DNA of 24,000 bases from Bacillales bacterium. Lineage in GTDB: Bacteria > Bacillota > Bacilli > Bacillales > Amphibacillaceae. Of this stretch, positions 16,890 to 24,000 are shown in pieces. The stretch is from NCBI GenBank assembly GCA_026168805.1, contig JAPFDS010000047.1:11241-35240 (forward strand), in the 5' to 3' direction. The position numbers and the translations under genes are program-made. Under the pieces are notes generated by a model, which was given only the letters and a program-made list of their open reading frames with translations, did not search any database and was not told the DNA's origin. The number at the start of each line of letters is the position of its first letter. Position 1 is the stretch's first letter.

Positions 16890-17015
16890 AAGTTATTCCC
16901 TCCATCAAATAATTCATTTGCCGCTGAACCCGTACCGTGGATGCCTGATTGATGTTCATTGGGAAATTTTGCTGAATGTATGTTCCACCATTCATGCTCC
17001 CCTCCCATCATGACT

Positions 17016-17405
17016 TTATTTCTCCCGTTCAAAATAACAGTTATGATTTTCAGATATTCCAGCTCCGAGCAGTACTAAATTATCTTCATTTTCAATAACT
17101 ACCTTTAAAAAGTCGATTTCACCATTGGGATTATAAAAGCTAATTTCCATTCCATCATCGGACTCCCTTAAGCGATATCTAAAATCTTTATCTCTATCTT
17201 CCACATAAACTGTTTCTTCATCTTTAAATTCTATACCTTCATCGAATGGAGGGCATAGTGCCACACCAGTTGCTTCTCCATCATTATAACCTGATTTAGG
17301 TACCCATTTCCCGCCAATCAGCTGATCTTCAGTTATCACTTTACTACAACCACTCATCATAATTATTACTATCATAAGCAACAAAAAGTTACGACCAACA
17401 TTCAC
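17016..17405 (-). CDS. Small lipocalin-like lipoprotein, paralog 1 of 3
   Basis: GTG start. Signal peptide with lipobox MMSGC. The mature part begins LIGGKWVP, has two conserved Cys, and carries the conserved SDDGMEI and NCYFEREK. Confidence 0.85.
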   Translation of the reverse strand: MNVGRNFLLLMIVIIMMSGCSKVITEDQLIGGKWVPKSGYNDGEATGVALCPPFDEGIEFKDEETVYVEDRDKDFRYRLRESDDGMEISFYNPNGEIDFLKVVIENEDNLVLLGAGISENHNCYFEREK

Positions 17406-17728
17406 ATCTTAGCATTCCATTCTTCTCCATGTAGTCTATTTAATAAATTCAATCAAGAACCTTTCATTCTACTTCTTTAATTATTTTCATCAATGTTTTA
17501 ACATTTTATCCTAGGGCTTCATTACAAACGTAGTTTGATGCATCTTTTCCGTACTCTATCTAAATTTCTGGTGCTAGCGCTTGCGGGTCTTCTGTGAACA
17601 TATTTTGTAGCCAACTTCTAAACAATAAAATATTTTCATCACCTTTTAAAATAATTGCTGTACCATAATTTATTCGCTTACCAAGGCTATAATTAGTCAT
17701 TTCTAGTAATGTCAACGTACCGATTATG

Positions 17729-18244
17729 TTAATTCAGTGCAGCCTCTAACACCTTTTTTTCGTGTTCTGACATACTACATATTACAATGCCACAAACTAT
17801 ATTATTTGCATCTAAAATAAAAACTAATTTATTATTTTGAATCATTGATTTTGGTTTCTTATTTGAAAACAAAATGAGTACTTTGTCATTACCTATATAG
17901 ACATCCAACATACCAGGTTCATCTATATAAGTTTCACCGCTATATTGTTTAATCTGACATTTAGGTAAACCTTTATTCATTGGTACATTCTCCATATCAA
18001 AGTTTAAATATTTCAGTTCCTGTACCTTTTCAATCAAAGTTAGTGTAATAGAACGCAGATCGCCTGTATCTTTACCTATTCCTATTTCAATTAACGACTT
18101 TGTAAAATTACCAGTTCTCCAATATATAGTTGATTCTTTTGATATATTCCAAGTACCGAATTCTACAGTCACCGGTGTATAGATATCATATTCAATATGT
18201 ACTGGTTGAATTTCTTTATACTCTACTACTTTTAACATAATCAC
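17729..18244 (-). CDS. Hypothetical protein (171 aa), putative immunity-type
   Basis: ATG follows AAAAGGAG. No family was recognised. A short ORF tail ends within its SD region. Confidence 0.7.
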   Translation of the reverse strand: MIMLKVVEYKEIQPVHIEYDIYTPVTVEFGTWNISKESTIYWRTGNFTKSLIEIGIGKDTGDLRSITLTLIEKVQELKYLNFDMENVPMNKGLPKCQIKQYSGETYIDEPGMLDVYIGNDKVLILFSNKKPKSMIQNNKLVFILDANNIVCGIVICSMSEHEKKVLEAALN

Positions 18245-18422
18245 GACTCCTTTTAAGGAAGGGTTTCATCAAGCATTTGATCTGCTTTTGGTACGCCTTT
18301 CTTTGAAGCATCTGTATCTCACTTATCGACTATCCCGTAAACCCGCCCTAGAGGGAAACTCATGAAAATTAACTAAAGAGGGCTATCCATCCCAACAAAA
18401 CTATGTTTTCGAACTGCAACTA

Positions 18423-18710
18423 TCAATTCACATCCATTACATGTATTTCTTTAGCCTGGGCATAGGCATTAATCTCTCTGATCAAATTGTTTCTATAAAC
18501 TGATATTGCTCCGTGTATTTCTCTTTCATCATCTGCATCTATATATTCGGGAAATAAGATGAAATTTGTTTGATCCATTTTTTTAATTATATATTCATTT
18601 CCTTCAAATTCTCCACTTCTAATATGATATGAAGTTATAAATGACATTATATCTTCATATAATTCCTGTGTGTTAATCTCAGCCCGCAAAAACCCTTCTA
18701 AAACATTCAT
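18423..18710 (-). CDS. Hypothetical small acidic protein (95 aa)
   Basis: ATG follows AAAGGTGAG. No family was recognised. Confidence 0.65.
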   Translation of the reverse strand: MNVLEGFLRAEINTQELYEDIMSFITSYHIRSGEFEGNEYIIKKMDQTNFILFPEYIDADDEREIHGAISVYRNNLIREINAYAQAKEIHVMDVN

Positions 18711-18807
18711 AATAATAATCTCACCTTTCTATTTTGGTTGAGCTGACAACATCCTGCAGAACTTAATTTTCAATAATATTATTAAATTCATGTTGACCAT
18801 TTTGAAG

Positions 18808-19149
18808 CTATTCTTTATACATTTCCCTTTCCCATACTCTCTTTCCGTCGATTAAAAATACTGAACTTGGTGGATCATCATAAAGAGAAATTTCAACCAA
18901 TGAACTTTCTTCTTGTTTCAACCAATTATATACACTACCTTCGTTAGTAGAAGGATGTGATAAAACATTATTTACTTGAAATGCAGTTGCATAGTATTCT
19001 GCATATCCGGTATCATCCTTATCTAAACCATTGTCTGTCTCAAAAAATGTGTCTGTTTTTCCTACAATTCTTAATCCACTGTTCCACTCTACTATGATCT
19101 CTACACCTTCATACTCTATTAATGTTTCAAATAAAGAATCTGCTTCCAT
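18808..19149 (-). CDS. Hypothetical small acidic protein (113 aa)
   Basis: ATG follows AAGAGGA. No family was recognised. Confidence 0.65.
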   Translation of the reverse strand: MEADSLFETLIEYEGVEIIVEWNSGLRIVGKTDTFFETDNGLDKDDTGYAEYYATAFQVNNVLSHPSTNEGSVYNWLKQEESSLVEISLYDDPPSSVFLIDGKRVWEREMYKE

Positions 19150-19292
19150 AGATATCCTCTTTCTTATTTTATTATAATGGTTTTGCTGCTACTATATGAT
19201 TACCATATGATCCATAATGTATCATTCCTCTATTGGTCTCTATATAGAGGGCAGTTCAATAACCAATCAAAATATGATGTTTATTATGTTCT

Positions 19293-19733
19293 TTAATCGG
19301 CTAGTAATTCCAAGTAATATTGATCATTTTGTTCTATTTTTCTTAAAAATTCTTCAAGTGATCTTGCAATCTTAATATCATAATAGTAAACTGGGCTATG
19401 ATCATTTTCATTCAATTCGATTGACATTAAAGCTGATTCACTACCCTCAAAAAATATTAATTTATTATCTTCAAATTCATCATAGATTTCTATATCTGGA
19501 TAAAACTCAAAATCGTTCACTCTTAAACGAAAATCTCTTACGGAGTAAGGGTCCATAATACGATTAATATTATGTTCTGAACCCTTTATAAATCCGTAAC
19601 CAACCTTTGTATAAAAAACGACTAATTCCCTAGGTAACTTTAAGTCGAGATCCCTCTCAACCTCATTGATTTCCTTTTCAGCCACTGGATAGAAAACATT
19701 TTCTTTATTTTCATTAATACGTTCATAGGACAT
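19293..19733 (-). CDS. SMI1/KNR4 (SUKH) family immunity protein, intact
   Basis: ATG follows GGAGG. It encodes LKLPRELVVFYTKVGYGFI...NKLIFFEGSESALMSIEL...SLEEFLRKI, the typical SUKH layout. Confidence 0.85.
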   Translation of the reverse strand: MSYERINENKENVFYPVAEKEINEVERDLDLKLPRELVVFYTKVGYGFIKGSEHNINRIMDPYSVRDFRLRVNDFEFYPDIEIYDEFEDNKLIFFEGSESALMSIELNENDHSPVYYYDIKIARSLEEFLRKIEQNDQYYLELLAD

Positions 19734-19768
19734 TATTATTTACCTCCAAATTATTTTTCTTGCATATT

Positions 19769-20024
19769 TTACTTGATTGATGAAACTTCCATTACTTCTG
19801 AAAAGTTACTGAAAGCTTCTTGCCGAGCTTCCTCTAGTTCTTCTTTCAGCTTAGCGATTATCAAGGATCATATTTGCATCATTCAGAAATGAAAGTGACT
19901 GTAACATACTAGATGATTCGGTTGTAATAAGTCCTTCTCCAGTTTGTGATTGTGCTTCAGTCATAAGTGTTTCTACTTGGTAAAGCATTTCCTCCGTGCT
20001 CTTATTGATTTCCCTTAATGTCAT
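19769..20024 (-). pseudogene. Frameshifted ~85-codon helical ORF remnant (possible T7SS/LXG accessory or toxin N-terminal piece)
   Basis: MTLREINKSTEEMLYQVETLMTEAQSQTGEGLITTESSSMLQSLSFLNDANMILDNR* continues in another frame as IIAKLKEELEEARQEAFSNFSEVMEVSSIK*. It ends 35 nt before the SUKH start. Confidence 0.35.
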
Positions 20025-20087
20025 TTATCATAGAACCAACAGAGCACCAACCATAATTATATGATTGGTGTTTTTTATCGTTACTCG

Positions 20088-20216
20088 TTTGTATGTCACT
20101 TGTGAAGGAAAGTCACAAGTAATCCCTCTTAAGTAGCCCTCTTTCTTTCAGTGTCTACGTTAGTGTGATCATATCAAAGTGATTCCTGAATCCTTTTTCG
20201 CTTTTATTAAGCTGGA
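20088..20216. repeat. Copy B of the ~130-bp repeated intergenic element (partner at 13968-14098)
   Basis: It aligns by eye to copy A. It contains a perfect 8-bp hairpin ACTTGTGA-N7-TCACAAGT (20098-20120). Confidence 0.7.
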
Positions 20217-20238
20217 TTTGTTTTAGCCTTTGGTAATT

Positions 20239-20499
20239 TTATTTTTCACGTTCGAAATAACAGTTAAAATTTTTAGAAACTCCAGTTCCAAACCCAATCA
20301 GAGCTAATTTATCTTTATTTTCAATAATGATTTCATAAATGTCTATATCACCGCTTGGATTATAAAATGTAATTTCCATTCCATCATCCGATTCTCTTAA
20401 TTGATATCTAAAATTCTTGTTCCTATTTTCCACATAAACCGTTTCCTCATCTTTAAATTCTATACCTTCGTTTAAATATGGACATTGTGGTTCACCAGT
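20239..20499 (-). pseudogene. C-terminal part of lipocalin-like lipoprotein paralog 2, split by IS21
   Basis: It encodes ...TGEPQCPYLNEGIEFKDEETVYVENRNKNFRYQLRESDDGMEITFYNP...NCYFEREK*. The first 20 or so codons of the ORF-track ORF (20500-20568) are IS sequence. Confidence 0.85.
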
Positions 20500-20672
20500 T
20501 GAGTATTGCATCTGATATGTACCAACCTTGCGGTTCTTTGTACCAGTGATTGCGGAGAAGTTTACCACACTTTGCGGAACAATTTACCAATACGAATAAA
20601 ACCTCTTGTATACTAAATGAGCATGCCGATGATTTATCGGTGTGACTCTATGTATACAGGAGGTTTTTTAGT

Positions 20673-22223
20673 ATGTATCCATATCGGAAGATTTTGGAGT
20701 TGCATGCAGAAAGTGTTTCGTTGCGAAGTATCGCTATGATTACACAACATTCTCGTCAGAAAATCACAGAGATCGTTGGACTGGCGGAAAAGAAGGGAGT
20801 GAAAATACCACTTGAAGAGGAAATGACGGATCCTTGGTTAGAGGATTTTCTTTATCCAGAGAAAAAACAAGAAGCAAGCGGAAGACACTTGATGGATTTT
20901 GAATATATTCATCAAGAATTAGCCAAGCCGAACATAACTTTAACACTATTACACGATGAATACGTAAGGGAGGCACATAATACTCAGAAAATACCTTATG
21001 CTTATCGGACGTTCGCAGAACATTATCGTGATTATGCCATGAAGTATAAAGCAACCATGCGTATTCGAAGAAAGCCTGGAGAAATACTAGAAGTGGATTG
21101 GGCTGGAACAACATTATCAATCATAGACTCAGATACTGGAGAAAAGAGAAAGGTGTATGTTTTTATCGCTACACTGCCATGTTCCCAATTGTTTTATGTA
21201 GAAGGTTCTTATCGAATGGACCTTCCATCGTGGATTCGATTACATCAACATACATTTGAATATATTGGTGGAATCCCTCAAATTCTTGTTCCAGATAACT
21301 TGAAAACAGGTGTCACCAAACATACATCAAAGGAGCTCATTTTAAATAAAGTATATGCAGAAATGGCAACACACTATCAAACAATCGTTATGCCTGCACG
21401 TGTTCGTTCACCTCGTGACAAGGCGAGTGTTGAAAGTTCTGTTAATATCGTTACAACTTGGATTATTCAAGCCCTAAGAAACACTACCTGTTTTTCATTG
21501 GAAGAACTAAATAAAGAAATATGGAGTAAGTTAGAATTGTTAAATCATCGACCATTTCAAAATAGACCAGGTTCACGATGGTCGGCATTTTTGGAAGAGG
21601 AGAAATTTGCCCTTTCCCCACTTCCAAATTCACCATATAAATTATCTGAATGGCGCAAAGAAAAAGTCCGACCTGATTATCATATTACCATTAATAGTAT
21701 GTTTTATTCTGTCCCATATGAATTAATAGGAAAAGAAGTTGAGATAAAGGTTTCTCCTCACATAATTGAAGTGTATTTCAATCATATGAGAGTTGCATCT
21801 CACCAAACATTATATGGTCAATTTGGTCAATTCTCTACTCTAAAAGATCATATGCCGGATAACCATCGGTTATATATTGAACAAACACCGGAAGAAGCAA
21901 TCAAGTGGGGTTCCGAATTGGGGCCATCCGTTTTAGATGTGGTAACTTTTATTCTGGAACAATATGAAGTTGAAAAGCAAGCGCTAAACGCTATTTTTAC
22001 GCTGAAAAAGCTAGAAAGAAAATATTCATCATATGAAATAGAACAGGCATGTAAATTAGTGCTTCAAGCTACTAATAGACCGACTGTTAAAAGCGTACAA
22101 ACAATGATTAAAACATTACATCAAGAAGATGAACGCAAAGCTTCTACACGTGACTCAAAGTCAATAGATAAAAAGTACGGCTTCACGCGTGGCGCATCTT
22201 ATTTTGGAGGGAAATCAAAATGA
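20673..22223 (+). CDS. istA: IS21-family transposase IstA
   Basis: 516 aa. ATG follows AGGAGG. N-terminal HTH, DDE core (EVDWAG..., VPDNLKTGV...), and typical IS21 operon order. Confidence 0.92.
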   Translation: MYPYRKILELHAESVSLRSIAMITQHSRQKITEIVGLAEKKGVKIPLEEEMTDPWLEDFLYPEKKQEASGRHLMDFEYIHQELAKPNITLTLLHDEYVREAHNTQKIPYAYRTFAEHYRDYAMKYKATMRIRRKPGEILEVDWAGTTLSIIDSDTGEKRKVYVFIATLPCSQLFYVEGSYRMDLPSWIRLHQHTFEYIGGIPQILVPDNLKTGVTKHTSKELILNKVYAEMATHYQTIVMPARVRSPRDKASVESSVNIVTTWIIQALRNTTCFSLEELNKEIWSKLELLNHRPFQNRPGSRWSAFLEEEKFALSPLPNSPYKLSEWRKEKVRPDYHITINSMFYSVPYELIGKEVEIKVSPHIIEVYFNHMRVASHQTLYGQFGQFSTLKDHMPDNHRLYIEQTPEEAIKWGSELGPSVLDVVTFILEQYEVEKQALNAIFTLKKLERKYSSYEIEQACKLVLQATNRPTVKSVQTMIKTLHQEDERKASTRDSKSIDKKYGFTRGASYFGGKSK

Positions 22224-22975
22224 ATCAACAAAATTATGATAAAATGAAAGCACTTAATTTAACTGGAATGGCTGAATCTTATGAAACATTATTTGCGAAT
22301 CCTTCTTTTCAGGAAATGGACTTTGATGACCTACTAGGTCTTCTATTAGATCACGAAGAAAGTGTTCGTAAAACCAATAAGTTAAATCGTCTTTTAAAAC
22401 AAGCAACATTTCCTGAGGAAGCAGCAATTGAAGAGATTATTTACGATACAGACCGTAAACTAAATAAAGATTTATTAATGAAGCTCTCTACAGGAAATTA
22501 TATAATAGAAGGAAGAGATATTGTGTTCAAAGGAGTATCTGGTGCAGGTAAAACATGGTTAGCGATTGCATATGGTGTGCAGGCTTGTCGTCAGTTTTAC
22601 AAAGTGAAATATGTTCGGTTACCAGATCTTTTAGAAGAGTTTAAAGTAGCAACATATCAAGCTGATGGTAGTTATACAAAACTAATGAAAAAGCTCATTA
22701 AGGTTGATCTTTTAATCATTGATGAGTGGCTGTTATTTGAGCTTTCAAAAGAGGAAGCAACTTTACTATTGGAAATTATTAATTCACGCTATACGGCTAA
22801 GAAATCAAACATTTTTTGTTCTCAATTTGACATACAAGGTTGGTATGAAAAACTTGGAGATGGAACACTAGCGGAGGCTATACTAGATCGGATTATCCAT
22901 AATTCATATGACATATTTATTGATGGGGCCGTATCTATGCGCGAAAAACTAGGAATTAATGCAGTGAAAATATAG
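22220..22975 (+). CDS. istB: IS21-family helper ATPase IstB
   Basis: 251 aa. Walker A GVSGAGKT and Walker B LLIIDEW. Its start overlaps the istA stop in ATGA. Confidence 0.92.
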   Translation: MNQQNYDKMKALNLTGMAESYETLFANPSFQEMDFDDLLGLLLDHEESVRKTNKLNRLLKQATFPEEAAIEEIIYDTDRKLNKDLLMKLSTGNYIIEGRDIVFKGVSGAGKTWLAIAYGVQACRQFYKVKYVRLPDLLEEFKVATYQADGSYTKLMKKLIKVDLLIIDEWLLFELSKEEATLLLEIINSRYTAKKSNIFCSQFDIQGWYEKLGDGTLAEAILDRIIHNSYDIFIDGAVSMREKLGINAVKI

Positions 22976-23009
22976 AATTTAAGCAAACAGTATCATAAAT
23001 ACAAAACAA

Positions 23010-23047
23010 AGCATGGATAGATATAAGTATCTATTCATGCTTTTTTC
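23010..23047 (+). terminator. Rho-independent terminator inside the IS21 right arm
   Basis: Stem AGCATGGATAGATA pairs with TATCTATTCATGCT (13 of 14 bp). T6 follows at 23041-23046. Confidence 0.8.
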
Positions 23048-23144
23048 ACACAAGTGGTAAACCAGTCCGCAAGGACTGGTACATTTGTCCGCAATGTGTG
23101 GTAAAAAGAATCGCAAGCCTGGTAAGGATCATCCGCAATACTCA

Positions 23145-23284
23145 CCAGTTGCTTCTCCATCTTTATAACCTGACTTTGGTACCCACTTACCCCCTATTAA
23201 ATCGTCCGTTGTTACCAATTCATTACATCCTGCCAAGATAATTAATAATGTACTAATTATGAAAAATAAACTATGTTTTCTCAT
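23145..23284 (-). pseudogene. N-terminal part of lipocalin-like lipoprotein paralog 2, split by IS21
   Basis: ATG at 23284 follows GAGGGAG. It encodes MRKHSLFFIISTLLIILAGC (lipobox) NELVTTDDLIGGKWVPKSGYKDGEATG. Joining it to 20499 after removing one CCAGT copy restores a 131-codon gene. Confidence 0.85.
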
Positions 23285-23506
23285 GTGATATCACTCCCTC
23301 AATAAATTAAAGTTATCTCCTTAAATATCCGGACAGACGAAACTACATGTTCCATTAATGTAGCTGATTTTGGTAACTTCGGAATATGCAGTTAGATAAC
23401 GATTATCCAAAATTTCTCCTTACTACAGGAGAGAGAATCTGAGATGTTTCCAACCACTGTATTAATCACAAGTATCCAGTTGGTTTCATCCTAAAATATC
23501 ATGACT

Positions 23507-23896
23507 TTATTTCTTCCGCTCAAAATAACAATTTAACCTTTTGATTATCCCTGAACCATTTAAACCAAATGCATCTTCACTTTCCATAGTAATCTCAAAA
23601 AAATTAACTTGTCCACTTGGGTTAAAAAATATTATTTCCATTCCATCATCTGACTCAGTGAGTTTATAGTCAAATTCTTTTTCTTCATCAATCACATACA
23701 CTTTTTCGTTATCAATAAATTCCATACCTTCATCAAAAGCAGGGCATAATGGCTCTCCGCCGATTTCTCCATCCTCATACCCATTTGTAACAAGCCACTT
23801 ACCCCCAATAATTTGATCTTCAGTTATCACGTTACTACAAGCTCCCATAACTATTATTACTATCATAATCATTAAAAGGCTTCTGCCAAGTTTCAC
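23507..23896 (-). CDS. Small lipocalin-like lipoprotein, paralog 3 of 3
   Basis: GTG start. Lipobox VMGAC. The mature part begins IIGGKWL, with the two conserved Cys, SDDGMEI and NCYFERKK. Confidence 0.85.
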   Translation of the reverse strand: MKLGRSLLMIMIVIIVMGACSNVITEDQIIGGKWLVTNGYEDGEIGGEPLCPAFDEGMEFIDNEKVYVIDEEKEFDYKLTESDDGMEIIFFNPSGQVNFFEITMESEDAFGLNGSGIIKRLNCYFERKK

Positions 23897-24000
23897 ATCT
23901 CAACACCCTTTCACTCTCACCCGCAGTCTACTTACCAATATATTCGAAGACGTCTTCTATTGTATTTATAAGTTATCAATTTCTTCTTGAAATATGTCTA

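Larger units (their letters stand above)
20500..23144 (+). mobile_element. IS21-family insertion sequence (2645 bp)
   Basis: Terminal IRs are TGAGTATTGC (20500-20509) and GCAATACTCA (23135-23144). The 5-bp direct repeat CCAGT lies at 20495-20499 and 23145-23149. Multiple subterminal TTGCGG / CCGCAA repeats occur at both ends. It carries an istA-istB pair. Confidence 0.93.

Noticed and set aside
16838-17032. 64-aa ORF bridging the lipoprotein 1 stop and the SUKH pseudogene start (contains HEWWNIHSAKFPNEH)
   Set aside because: It overlaps both neighbours and has no usable SD. The histidine-rich stretch briefly suggested an HNH/WHH-type nuclease tail, but no real motif fits. At most it is debris.
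17560-17700. 46-codon ORF (MTNYSLGKRINYGTAIILKGDENILLFRSWLQNMFTEDPQALAPEI) between the 171-aa gene and lipoprotein 1
   Set aside because: It has no SD before the ATG and I recognise no homology. It may be a gene fragment, but support is insufficient to call it.
1-24000. Search for CRISPR arrays, tRNA/rRNA genes, a retron or DGR, and known defence-system enzymes (nucleases, helicases, cyclases, reverse transcriptases)
   Set aside because: There are no regularly spaced repeats, no cloverleaf-like or rRNA-like segments, and no ORFs with such catalytic motifs apart from the IS transposases.

Overview
This is a low-GC Firmicute chromosome segment, probably from a spore-forming Bacillaceae-like organism. 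Positions 1-9.9 kb look like ordinary core genome. They hold two convergent GntR-regulated ABC-transporter operons, an exported ComEC-type MBL hydrolase, clpE with a textbook CtsR-controlled promoter, and the sporulation deacetylase gene pdaA. From about 9.9 kb to the window end the sequence becomes visibly more AT-rich, and every native gene lies on the minus strand. This part is an island of small immunity-type genes: four SUKH/SMI1-KNR4 genes plus one fragment, a CdiI-like gene, a DUF2247-like gene, three paralogous lipocalin-like lipoproteins and several unknowns. Short toxin-gene remnants and a repeated ~130 bp element are interspersed among them. Three unrelated IS elements are inserted: an IS1182-like element splitting a SUKH gene, an IS30 element, and an IS21 element splitting a lipoprotein gene with a clean 5-bp duplication. 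Two more SUKH genes are broken by single-base homopolymer frameshifts. My best reading is that this is the orphan-immunity tail of a polymorphic-toxin locus, probably LXG/T7SS type, with the full-length toxin lying beyond position 24000. No full-length toxin gene, CRISPR array, tRNA or rRNA was found. All family assignments rest on motif recognition by eye and need HMM confirmation.
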